A stretch of DNA of 63,965 bases, the filler included, from Craspedostauros australis (taxonomy: Eukaryota): NCBI GenBank assembly GCA_030167865.1. It is 7 parts of 7 records of this genome, joined end to end, with 100 filler letters (N's around TTAATTAATTAA, not from the genome) between each part and the next. Parts side by side here need not be neighbours in the genome. Positions count along the whole stretch, not along the records: positions 40,476 to 56,158 come from JALAGF010001029.1; positions 56,259 to 57,924 come from JALAGF010001031.1; positions 58,025 to 61,930 come from JALAGF010001032.1; positions 62,031 to 63,965 come from JALAGF010001035.1; 3 more parts are not named here. One strand, given 5' to 3'. The position numbers and the translations under genes are program-made. The notes under the pieces were generated by a model that ran no database searches, was not told the origin of the DNA, and saw only the letters and a list, made by a program, of their open reading frames with translations. This document shows, in pieces, positions 53,226 through 63,965 of this stretch. The number at the start of each line of letters is the position of its first letter. Position 1 is the stretch's first letter.

Positions 53226-55259
53226 CTAATCAATCATGATGACTTCATCTGCGGCTGGCCCCGTCCTGGCTCTCTTCGCTGCAGGCTTGAGGTCGCCATC
53301 ACCGTTGTCATCATCCAGCGTTCTCTTCTCTCCTGTGGTGATTTCGATGGGATCATCGTCGATGATGCAGATATCGTCGTCGTCGTCCGCTGCCGCAATA
53401 GGAACGGCAGCAGGCTTCGAATCCGGTGCTTCTGCCCCCTCTTCCTTCTTGCTGTCATCTTCGCCTGCAGGCTTTGCAGGCGTGGCCTTCGGCACCTCAC
53501 CACCAACAACGAAGGGCATGTCCTCGGCGGATTTGCCTTCCTCCCAGGTCTCCTTGTGGACGATGGAGACTTGGATCGTCAGATCTTGCGAGAAATCCTC
53601 CATCTCCACCACCGTCCCGTGCTGGATGCCACCGCATGGCAGGTCCGTGATCTGCTTCTTCAGATTGGGTTCGTACGATTCCTGGTCGGACCCTTCCCCT
53701 TCCTCCCAAATCACATCGCCCTGCAGCATGACGGTGGGCTGCTCGAATCCGAGCCGGCCTTTGGCGACGATGCTCAGCAATTGGCCCAGCGTCCATTGCT
53801 TCGTATTCAGCGTCAATGGCACGACAGCGCTGCGGCACACGAAGCACTTGGGGTTCTGACCCTCCAGCGCGCTGGCCGTCACGTACAGGCCGTTGCGGGT
53901 TTTGTTGCGGACGCAGTTGACGTACTTGGAATGCGGCTTGAGATCGAGCTCGCTCTTGTCCTTGCCGTTCTTCGCGTTGTCCATCTGCGCCTTGAGGATC
54001 TTGTAGACTTGCAACATCTGCAATCCAGCGCAGATGGCGTTGGTGGTGGCGATGGCCGGGATGATGTTGCCCGCGATGCCCTTGGCGCTGTAGATCGATT
54101 GCAACGGCTCGATGCCAAACACCGCCGATCTCAGGTTGGCGGCGGCGGTGACGAATCGCATGCACAGATCGTCATCCTTGTCGAACTCCTGCAGCAGCTC
54201 ATCGCCATTCCTCGTGACGGCTTCCAGCAGACACTTGACGATCTCAACAACGCACTGCTTTGGTTGCCAAATCGATTCGGTGTCACGGGATGGCGCCATG
54301 CTGGATGCCAGTTCCTCGTCCACCATGGTCTTGGACAGCACATCAGCTTGCTCCAAGGGCTTGGGAGTCTTCTTCGCGGTCTTGTATTTGTCCATCCCCA
54401 GCTGCTTGTCGATCTCGGTCTTGTACAGCGCCACCAGCAGTTCCTGGATGTCGTCCTTCATCTTGCCACTGGCCGCACCTGCATCTGCGTTCTTGGGTTC
54501 GTCGCCACCGCCCCCCGCAGCAGAGGTCGCAAGGACATGCGATCGCACACGTTCTACCACCGCCATGTAGGTGCTCTTTTCGGAGTCTTCGGCGGACGTG
54601 TCCTCAAAGAGCATGCTCTCCTCGACCTTGTGGTGGAAGAGCAGCTTGTAGAGCTCCTTCGCCCAAACGATGGTGTGGACTGGCATGCTGGGCGTCGATC
54701 GGATGGTGCAGATGGGGTAGACCTTCTGCGTCTCCTGCGTCGTGCACTCGTAGCACGCCACGTGGCTAGGCTTGTGAATGACGGTGACCTGGCCGAGGTA
54801 GCCCGTGGTCCCGGCCTCGATGAGCGGCACCCCCGCAGCCAGGCAGAGGCGGTTGACACGCCGACGCGCCTCCACGTTGTCCAAGGCGTTGAGGACGAGG
54901 TGGAACTGCGACACGAAGGGCACGTTGAACTTGGCGTTGTCGCAGACGTTGCCATGATGAGCGATGTACTTGGCCGAGCCATCGCCGATCATCTCCTGCG
55001 CCACTTCGCAAGCGACGGTGCACTTGGGCATGCCGACGTGCTTGCCGCGGAACAGCAGCTGCCGGTTGAGGTTGGACACGTCGATGGTGTCCAGGTCGAT
55101 CACCTCCACGTGCCGGAAGCCGCTCAGCGACAGATCCTTGAGCAGCTCGCAGCCGATGCCGCCGCTGCCCACCAGCAGGATCTTGGAGGATTGGATGTTC
55201 TCCACCTGGCTGTCGCCAAACGCGCGTTTCAGCGCGGAGACTGGGTTGATGGAGGCCAT
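53226..55259 (-). CDS. UBA2: SUMO-activating enzyme subunit 2, about 677 aa
   Basis: ILLVGSGGIGCELLK, IDLDTIDVSNLNRQLLFR, ALDNVEARRRVNR, CYEC, catalytic YPICTIRSTP, FDKDD, AGNIIPAIATTNA and CFVC. C-terminal acidic SIM-like motifs and an NLS. Confidence 0.96.
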   Translation of the reverse strand: MASINPVSALKRAFGDSQVENIQSSKILLVGSGGIGCELLKDLSLSGFRHVEVIDLDTIDVSNLNRQLLFRGKHVGMPKCTVACEVAQEMIGDGSAKYIAHHGNVCDNAKFNVPFVSQFHLVLNALDNVEARRRVNRLCLAAGVPLIEAGTTGYLGQVTVIHKPSHVACYECTTQETQKVYPICTIRSTPSMPVHTIVWAKELYKLLFHHKVEESMLFEDTSAEDSEKSTYMAVVERVRSHVLATSAAGGGGDEPKNADAGAASGKMKDDIQELLVALYKTEIDKQLGMDKYKTAKKTPKPLEQADVLSKTMVDEELASSMAPSRDTESIWQPKQCVVEIVKCLLEAVTRNGDELLQEFDKDDDLCMRFVTAAANLRSAVFGIEPLQSIYSAKGIAGNIIPAIATTNAICAGLQMLQVYKILKAQMDNAKNGKDKSELDLKPHSKYVNCVRNKTRNGLYVTASALEGQNPKCFVCRSAVVPLTLNTKQWTLGQLLSIVAKGRLGFEQPTVMLQGDVIWEEGEGSDQESYEPNLKKQITDLPCGGIQHGTVVEMEDFSQDLTIQVSIVHKETWEEGKSAEDMPFVVGGEVPKATPAKPAGEDDSKKEEGAEAPDSKPAAVPIAAADDDDDICIIDDDPIEITTGEKRTLDDDNGDGDLKPAAKRARTGPAADEVIMID

Positions 55260-56158
55260 GGCGCTTTGGCGTTTGCGCAAGGAGAAAGAGAGAGAGAGAG
55301 GGAGCCGAGTGCAGATCCTGAGACAGTTGTCCCGTCTTGGTCTTGCGCCGAGGGGGAGAGTTCGAGCAGATGTGTGCTTCTGGGCTCCTGCTCGTGCGAG
55401 TACGACTGTTGTTGGCGTTTGTGTCGTTGATGTTGTTGCCAAGGTTGCTCTTTGTGGTTGTGTGCATCACGATTTCTGGGTTTGGTCGCCTGTTGGTTGT
55501 TTTGCCACCGACACAGGTTTCACTCGCTAGCCACCAAGCAGCGTAGCTTTTCGCGAGACGGAGACGTGGATGAATTCGAAATCAGAGGGTTTCGAAGATT
55601 TAACCGTTTCCACTCACGCATTTGCATTCAGTCCTGACCAATGATACTGTCAAAGGCAAGCAATTCGAAACTAGATTGGGAATCAGTTCAGAACATTCCG
55701 TCGAGAACGCTTCACCAAAACGTGCAACACCAGAAACCAGAACTCGGCAAACCACTCGTCAAGAGAGCAAAGAACAGTAGAGCAGAGTGGATTAGGGTAC
55801 GGCAGAGCATGATGGAGCACAAGGAAGATTGTTGATTGGCAGTTCCGAAATGCGCACCCACAAGCAGAGGTACGACCTCCAGGTCGCAGTTGATGCACTC
55901 ACGATAACACTAGTTGTGGAGTGTTTTTTGAGTTTTACTCGTGATGAGTCGTGATAAAGTAGACTAAANTAGAGCACACCNAAAACCATCCAAACAACTG
56001 CTTATGATGTTATATCTCAACAACGCACCATTTAAAATTAAAACTAGACAGTTCATTCGGACGCTTGGCTATCGTTTATTCTGAATATCTTAGTTAAATT
56101 TGTATGAACTTTATTTTTAATGTCGTTTTGGCTTGCTGTCTGTCAGGTGGTGGGTGCA

Positions 56159-56258
56159 NNNNNNNNNNNNNNNNNNNNNNNNNNNNNNNNNNNNNNNNNN
56201 NNTTAATTAATTAANNNNNNNNNNNNNNNNNNNNNNNNNNNNNNNNNNNNNNNNNNNN
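56159..56258. other. Artificial contig spacer
   Basis: 44N-TTAATTAATTAA-44N. Confidence 0.98.
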
Positions 56259-57924
56259 AGCACAGGGCTTCTTGACACTCTTGTTTGTGGCTGCGGTTAG
56301 TATTGGCATGGTCTTGTGGAGGATCATATCATCATGTCTCCCTAGCGAGCAGGATGATATAGCAATGGATCCAGGACTCGTGACATCAGGACAGAATATG
56401 AACGATGGAGGTGGCTTGATGTTATCCGGCGATGGAGGCGTTGCCACTGGCGGCGGCGCAGCTGGGGCTGCTCCACCTGTTGCTCCACCACCGAGCGGTG
56501 GCGAGCTGGTCTTGCAGCAAATGGCAGTACAGGCCGCTTCGAATGCGGCTGGCTCAGTCGCTGCGGGCACAGCCGCAGGAGCTGCTGCTGGCGCCGCGGC
56601 CACAGGAGTCGCAGCCGCATCTGTTGCCGCCGGCTCAGCACAGGCGGTTGGAGCTGTTGTGGTTTCTGCAGCTGCTGTATCTGCAGCAGCCGTCGGGGTT
56701 GCAGCCGTTGTGTCAGGCAGCACAGGCATCACCTCATCATGCGGAACCCTCAACCCAAGCCTCTTTCCAGGGTCTGTGACTCTGGTGTTGCAAGGTTTTG
56801 AGCGGCAGTTCATTGGAAACGAGACAGCCATTCTGGAAGATCTGTTGATTGAAGCATACAACGACGTTGTCGGTGGCTGTGACTCCATCTACGAAAGGCA
56901 GATGATGAATTCAACGCTGACGGAGCAGATATTCTTGAACCAGACATTTGGTGACGTTACCACAACAGGAACCGAGATTCGATTCAACAGCACGGTGGAA
57001 TGTGTCGGTTGCATTGAGAATGAGCCTCTGTTCTCTGTCAGAGAAGAAGACATTCCACCCAAAGAGGAAGGCCGCCGATTGATGGCATCGGCCATCAACG
57101 ACTTCTCATGTCGGTACCTTGGCAGTTGTGAAGAACAGGAAAAGAAGGAACGTCAGCGTCACAGACAACTTCAGCTTGGCGTGAACCTTCTCGACCAAAC
57201 GCAACTTTTCAAAGCCTTCGTCCAACGATTCGACATTCAGGTTGAGGAGCTTGTGGAGGAAGAGCAACTGCCTGGTGGGTTCGTTCGAATTTTTGTCGCT
57301 TACATACAGAGCACAGACGACGAGGAAATCGTGCAAGAGGTTAACTTCACGATCATCGACACAGAAGCTCCAACAGCAAACCCAACAATAATCGACGGCA
57401 CAAGGTCACCGACCGAGGTGCCAGTTCCACTTCCCACCGCAGCTCCCCAGGAAACACAACCGCCGACGCAAGTGCAGGAAACGGGCCAGCCAACGTTTCC
57501 ACCATCCATCAGCCAGGAGCCAACGAAAGGCCCACAGACGACCAATGCACCTACCACAGCAGAACAAAGAAGCGTGAACCCAACCACGACGCAGGATGGA
57601 ACAAGTCAGCCCACATTCCCACCATCAACCAGCCCAAATCCGACCCAAGAGACCAACTCACCAACGGGACAAGGCGACACCAATAGTCCAACGTTTCCAC
57701 CATCCACGCAGTCGCCAAACGACAGTGTGTCCAGCAACCCAACCGAGCTTGGAGAGACAGGCAGCCCAACATTCCCACCATCCCCAATAGCAACAGGGTC
57801 ACAAGCGCCAAGCAGCGAAGGTGACAGCAGTACTCCAAGCGGTGCCAACGACAGCAGCTCGCCATCATCCGCACCAACAAACACAGCCAGCCCAACCATC
57901 ACTGCATCACCAACAGCAGAGAGT
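56259..57924 (+). CDS. Partial cell-surface or extracellular protein: hydrophobic Ala/Val/Gly segment, Cys-containing domain, RXL motifs and mucin-like Pro/Thr repeats
   Basis: ORF spans the whole contig. CD...VECVGC..PLF, GRRL and RQL motifs, four PTFPPS repeats. Confidence 0.75.
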
Positions 57925-58024
57925 NNNNNNNNNNNNNNNNNNNNNNNNNNNNNNNNNNNNNNNNNNNNTTAATTAATTAANNNNNNNNNNNNNNNNNNNN
58001 NNNNNNNNNNNNNNNNNNNNNNNN
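57925..58024. other. Artificial contig spacer
   Basis: 44N-TTAATTAATTAA-44N. Confidence 0.98.
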
Positions 58025-58626
58025 TCATCATCTGTATCAGCGTCATCATCGGCATCGTCATCGTCTCTTGCCATGGCCGCCTTCGTTGATTCTGGTTGGC
58101 GTGCCATAGTTGCGCAGCCGCAGCTTGCTTGATTACATCATTTCTTCGTTGCTGTTTTTATTCATTTCTTTGTTGGAGAATGTCTCAGTGTTGGCTGATA
58201 CCTCCATCAATGTAAACATCGTCATGCCATTTCATCACCCTCTCTTTCCTTCTCTCTTGTTGTGTTGATGTTGTTTGATGGATCTTGTGCAAAATGGAAG
58301 ATCCGTTGTTTTGGGTGGTGTCAAGAATTTTTGGCGCGTTTGGTAAGCACTCGTCTGTCTGCCATCCGTTGTTCATTCAACCAATGACACACACAAACAC
58401 TCACAACGAACACCACCAATGCGTTGTCTTCGTGCAATGCAACTCTGATCCATGATTGTGAGGGTGATGGCAACCACTCCAATGACGCCGCATCCCTTCA
58501 CATTGGTACCACCGACGCAAACACCAACACAAACAATCAGACAAGATGACGAGGCATTGACATCCAAGAGGAACTGTGGGAAGGCTCGCCGGTTGCTCCG
58601 CACCTTGACCCACCCGTCCTACGACT

Positions 58627-60826
58627 ATGAGTATTACTATGGAACCTTCCATGAGCACGATCTACTCTGGGAGTTGCCACAGCAAAGCGTCCAGCCTGAT
58701 ACTCTGTTCGAACCTGCGTCCAGCCCGTGCGCTCATGATAATCGAAGTTGCTGGAAGAGGACGGTGTCAGACTGATAGCAGAGAAGCAAACGGAGACCAG
58801 GCAACCGCAACAGGCCGACACGAAATCAAAGGCGAGCAATCCCACCAGCGTTGCCAAAGAGGCCAAAGCAGCTGCAAAATCAGGTCGTCATGCGAGTGTC
58901 AGCACAGATACACCAAGCAGCACCAATAGAAGTACAGCAAAAGATGCGAAAGCTTCAGCTGTGAAACCATCACGTGCGAAGAGTCTGGACATGCTCGACA
59001 TGCAAGCTCATGAGATGTCATTCAGCTCCCTTGATCCCTGCAAGTTCATCAACAACGAACCGATGTCGGTGCCAATCACCCCAGGTGGACTCAGCTTCGC
59101 CACAGCCCCAACTCTCGGCACAATCCGCGAACGGATCAACCAAGACAAGACGAAGCTTGCGCAGAGTCGGAGACGCAGGCCAAGGACACAACCGAATTCC
59201 AACGCAACGACCAGCGGCGACAAATCGAGGAGCAAGTGTTTGGAATTCTCGAAGGACGGACGCAACATGCCAGGCACAACATACACATCAGACATACCAG
59301 GCGCGATGAGCGCAGCCAGCACCCCGACTCTACCTCAAGTTGCGACAACGGAGACGTCACGCAGCAACAGCCTGGAGTCACGCTCCAATCTTCCAAATCT
59401 CCACGATGATGACAACGTCGACGTTGCGACAAGTGCTGCTGCAACGAATGGTGGGAGAAGCTCTGTGGCCCCTGTCACACCTGGAGGTCGGAGTGCGGCA
59501 TCTACACCAGCCCCCTTCAACCGCACACATGAAGAAAGACAACAGTCTTTGTCGTTGAACAAGCGCAGGTCAACGTTGGCAAGCATCCTCAAGGCCAAAC
59601 GATCATCATTACGTGAAGTATCGTCGACCAATCTTCCCAAATCGAAGCAATGACCATCTCTCGAATCTCGACCATCGCAATTGGCCGATCTTGCCTTGAC
59701 TGAAGCATCCGCAAAGGCGCCATCATCGCCATCATCATCGCCGTCGCCACCGTCGCCATCATCACAGTCCAAATCCAAACTCAATCTTCAACAGTTCGAA
59801 CGCGAACACGAACACAGAGGTGTCTCGGCCGCACCCCCAGCCTCATCCACTCCTGAAGCCTTGAGTTTGGGAATCAAATGGCAATCGAGCAAGAAGGAAC
59901 AGGTGACTCCTTCTCGCAACAGATCTGCATGCAGTTCGTTGCGCCCAAGTGAAGACTCAAAGCAACGACGTTCACGCGGACGTAGCACGGGTGCTCTGCG
60001 CGATGAGATCAAGGAAAGGATCTCCAAGGTGCTTAGCAATGGGCCCCGACATCACCACTCCAGCAAAACAAGAGACGTGTCATCACCATCGATATCACCG
60101 TCGCCACGACATCGGCGGAGAAGCGCACAGCACACCAGTGGCAAGCCTCACTCGACATCGTCAAGATCAAAGAGTGTGGAGCGTTCGCTATCATTGCGTC
60201 ATCATCGTGACGGAGAAATTCACACATCCTCCTCTGGAAGAAGCCGCTGCTCGCCATCGGCGCGGAGCCGTCGAGGCCCGTCCGACCGCGGCCGCAGAAG
60301 AACTGTGAAAGTATCGACGGACTCATCGCCATCATCACGGCGACAAGGAGCATCTGGCAGTTCGGATGATATACACGCAGTCTCGCGCTCACGCAAAGCC
60401 AACTCAAATGCGCACTCCACCGGTACTGGTTTGCACCAACGCAAGTCTCACCTTTCCGAACGCATGCCCGAGGAAGGTCGCGAAGACCAAATCAACGTGA
60501 CCGTAGCCAATCGACACCACGTGGCGAAGATAAGTGAAGGAAGTCCTCTGATGAACGATCACCATCGGCACGACAATGAAACAGATCAAGAGGATATCGA
60601 AATTACAACGTCGAACAGCACAGCAATGCGAGAGATGAAGATGGACGGCATTGCAAGGAACGTCCGTCATCACGCGGGGGCCTTCAATCAAATCGTCGTG
60701 GACGAAGCAGATCATCGACTCGCGATGCTGTCTACCATGAGAAGCTGTCCGGCACAAAATCACTGCAACTCACACCAAAGAAAGTGGTCAGGAACAAGAG
60801 CGCGTCTCAGTGCCGCCATCCCTTGA
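58627..60826 (+). pseudogene. Ser/Arg-rich low-complexity gene with an apparent +1 frameshift (~58748) and an in-frame TGA (59651-59653)
   Basis: ORFs 58748-59653 and 59681-60826 share a frame and are separated only by CAA-TGA-CCA. Removing one base near 58748 joins ALMIIEV to LEEDGVRL. Confidence 0.5.
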
Positions 60827-61930
60827 TGAATGGTACCAACCTCCCAACCCGTAATGCATGACGACACGATGGGATGGAATGAGATGTGTGGGCCGCTCCG
60901 TATTTGTATCATGCTCATAGAGGTATGGTAGACCCACATCCCTGTATGTAATACACCTACGAATAAACTGTACTTCTCTACGTATGCTTGGAACAGTACC
61001 GCATGCACTATATCTGCTTGTGCAACAGAACACTGTGATGAAGTCACCGGATGCTTCACGAGATTGAAGGGCTGGATACTGCTCCCATGCTGCCTCCGCC
61101 CTGTCTACGACGAGTCTGGTCTGCTCTCTACGATACATACGCACAGACGGATGTTGCCGATGTCATTCACAAGCAGATTGGACATCTGTGGTTCCATCCA
61201 CACTCCGCCATGAGCATCGTTGTTGGTTCGTTGCTCAGACAAAGGACGCATGGCAGCAGCATTATCACAAGCCGTGCGGTCGTCACCGTGCCGCCGGATT
61301 CACACACAGAACACTCCACTCCAAGTCACACTGCCAAACAGATTGAAAGCTACAGTGCCGATGCCAGCCGATCCAAGCTTCTGAAAGAGGCGATCTACGA
61401 AGAGCACATGGCGAACAAGGCAGAGGGAGATGATGAGAAGTCACGAGGAGCATGGGTGCTGCACGGTTCCATCGACTGTCTCGTATCACGCTATTGTCCT
61501 CATCTCTCCATGAGTTGCACTCCGCCATTGTGCCAGAACTGCAGTCGAGACCCTTGCCAAGCCCCAGGAGGAGTGATCACTCGCGGTTACAGCAACAATT
61601 GCCAGGGTCACCATCCATTCCAATCTTCGAAGCGAGCAGTGCCAGCGCGGCGGAAAGACAAGAACCGACGAGCCAGCGCAGTCCAAACATCCAGAGAGCT
61701 TGACGAGCAAAAGAAGAAACCAACGAATCAACCAACCAACCAACAAGCAACCCCATGCAGAGTGCGAGTGCCGTATTGCGGATCATGGTTGGCACAGAGT
61801 TTCCGTATGGCACAAGAAGCACATGGTCAGCGATCCCTGGCCCATTCGCGCACCGTATACCCACATGTCCTCCTTCGTGGTGCTCCCAACTTCGTTGATG
61901 AGGCGGATGTTCCTGTCGATCGCCTCAGTT

Positions 61931-62030
61931 NNNNNNNNNNNNNNNNNNNNNNNNNNNNNNNNNNNNNNNNNNNNTTAATTAATTAANNNNNNNNNNNNNN
62001 NNNNNNNNNNNNNNNNNNNNNNNNNNNNNN
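61931..62030. other. Artificial contig spacer
   Basis: 44N-TTAATTAATTAA-44N. Confidence 0.98.
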
Positions 62031-63965
62031 GATACGCCTCTCTGCGGCGTTCTGGTGCTGGTGCTCCGGCTCGCTCTGATGGTCAGCGATGGAGTACTGT
62101 CGAAGGATGTCTTGCATCTTGAATCCGATCTCGGATTTCGCGTTGTCGGACATCAGGAGGTCAGGAGCTCCGTGACGCCGGATGAAGTCTTGGAGAGTGG
62201 AAGCGANTTGCTTCTCCGATGTCATGGGGAATCCTGCGGTGAAGCGAGAATCCACGGCCACGTATACTTGCATCATCGTGCTGCCACCATGGCCTGGCAC
62301 ACCATCGTCATGGGCAGGTGTGTCAGAGAACAACGTGTCCATGGCAACGGTCTCGTGGAGCCTGTCCACGTTCGCGGCAGGGAACTGGGTCTTGTAGTGC
62401 TTCCTCATGGTGAATCGCTCGGCGGTGCGGTACCATTGGGACGTGCACTTGAGAGTATCTTGGACTCTTCTGGCCGGGATCCATCCGAAGTACGGACAGA
62501 GGGCCTCATAGTCGACCGTTGGCTTCGCTCGAGTGATAGCGCCCTGGTTTGGGGCACCGGTCTCACTGGTGAACACTTCGATGGAGTCCGGTGAGTGGAC
62601 GCCGTCGTCTGGGGCACCATCGGAGATCTCGTTCGGCAAAGTGAACTCGTGATCAAGAGTGGATGGGTCCCACTCTTCGTCGGCAGTGAAGTCCACATGA
62701 GGGTACGTGTCAATCTCCCTGCGTGTGGGAGGCCTCATGTCCATGTAGGACAGGCCCTGTCGGATGGAGAGAGGGATCACATGCCCATCAGGCACGATGA
62801 TTGTCTGTCTCCCTCCAGGGAGTTCGCGAGGACGCTCGTTGACATCGAGACCGAAGGCACCGAGCTGATTCGTCGAGTGAATCGTCTTGCCCTTTCCATA
62901 GAGGGCGTATTGGTGAAACTTCGCGATGATAGGTCCCTCGGTGGACATGACGAGTCCAGCGACCGTTTTGATGTCCAGGTTGACGATTGCGGTGTCTCCA
63001 ATTCCGCTGATGTCGGCGGTATGGTTGGTGCGGCTGATGATAGTCACATCATCGCCTGCCAATCCTCCATTCGCACCGCTGTCGATCAGGGAACCNGACT
63101 TCGCAACATCGGTCTTGTTGAAGCTGTATTGCAGGACTGTGGCCTGAACAGCNCGGTAGACTTTGCCCTGGATGATGACTTCGTCAGAAGTGTTGGTGTT
63201 GGTCGTGGCATTGGCCAACATGCGCTTGATGGCCTCGCCGGGGAGGTCGTCAGAACCGGCGCTGCCGGAGGTCGAGGTGGACTTGGCTTGCCCACCACCC
63301 CCATTGACAGTGGCGGATGTCTTGTTGGCCTGCCTGTTCGATGTATCCCTGGTGTACTTGGGGTCCCAAGTACCCTTGGACTGCATGTGGGCCTTCTTCT
63401 GATCCCATGTCATTTGCTTCCATTCGTTGTCTGGGATTCGCTTGTTCGTGTTCTTGTTCTTGGATTGGTTGGTCTTGTTCTCGTTGTGACTTGCGTCCTT
63501 GCTTGTGTTGTTGACCCTACACTTGGTCTTGTTGCGTGGGGCGCGCAGGTCATTGCGCTGTGCGGATCTGCGTACAACACCAAGGAAGACATCGAAGTCC
63601 AGCCTGAAGTCAGTCTTTCCTGTTGCCAACGCCAAGTTGCTCTGGAGAGTATCGGCGTCATCAAGGGAACGGAAGAGATCGGCATCAGGGGTGATGGCCT
63701 CCTTGAGCCACTGGAGCTTCCAGTCCTCAGAGACAGGTGCATCCTGGATCTCCTCGAGGTTGTTGATCTTGCTGAGCCAGCTGTTCACGAAGGCTTCGCG
63801 GCTGCTGTTCCAGGAGTGGTTCAGCTTGAGGTTCCGGATCTCCTCTTGGATCAGCTGGGCCTTGTTGGCTGCAGCTACTCCGGTCGTGTACTCCTCACGG
63901 AGCATGGTATACACCCCATGACCGTTCTCGTCATCGGCGTATGCCTGGAGACAGTTGCGGCTCTT
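62031..63965 (-). mobile_element. Ty1/copia LTR retrotransposon (diatom CoDi-type) gag-protease-integrase fragment, open at both ends
   Basis: Protease LIDSGANGGLAG precedes the integrase (copia domain order). Integrase DDE motifs VAMDTLFSD, LMSDNAKSE and SEPEHQHQNAAERRI. Scattered single Ns suggest collapsed multiple copies. Confidence 0.92.

Noticed and set aside
53556..55430. 624-aa plus-strand ORF antisense to UBA2
   Set aside because: Shadow ORF caused by GC3 codon bias. It has no recognisable motifs, whereas UBA2 is unambiguous.
17816..62030. Recurring palindrome TTAATTAATTAA flanked by Ns, as a biological repeat or CRISPR-like array
   Set aside because: These are exact 100-bp six-frame-stop linkers used to concatenate contigs. 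ORFs running into them and gene neighbourhoods across them are artefacts.
1..63965. tRNA, rRNA or other structured RNA genes
   Set aside because: None recognised by eye; tRNAscan-SE or Infernal would be needed to exclude them.

Overview
Eukaryotic nuclear DNA, almost certainly a diatom. Support: bipartite AF-type plastid-targeting presequences, a fucoxanthin-chlorophyll Lhc gene, a DUF6824 domain, a CoDi-type copia element and GTACGT/GTGAGT...AG introns. The window is not contiguous. Six artificial 100-bp spacers (44N-TTAATTAATTAA-44N) join seven contigs: A 1-17815, B 17916-35710 (with a real 66-N gap), C 35811-40375, D 40476-56158, E 56259-57924, F 58025-61930 and G 62031-63965. Linkage is therefore only meaningful within a contig. 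Recognisable genes are a 3-exon Lhc, an ankyrin protein, a secreted cystatin-like protein, NAXD, IRE1, two paralogous claudin-like 4-TM proteins, a DUF6824 protein, a truncated ABCG, a frameshifted Cys-rich secreted repeat protein, an OPR-like helical-repeat protein, PGR5, UBA2/SAE2 and a copia gag-pol fragment. Four observations stand out. (1) An apolipoprotein-L-like domain is fused to an SH3-like module and a FYVE-like Zn finger. (2) IRE1 carries an extra C-terminal CCCH RNA-binding Zn finger module. (3) A ~2.4-kb relic shows a strong TpA->TpG/CpA signature, the reverse of RIP and distinct from the CpG decay seen elsewhere in the window. (4) An uncharacterised plastid protein lies head-to-head with PGR5. 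All family assignments are by-eye motif recognition; no database searches were run.
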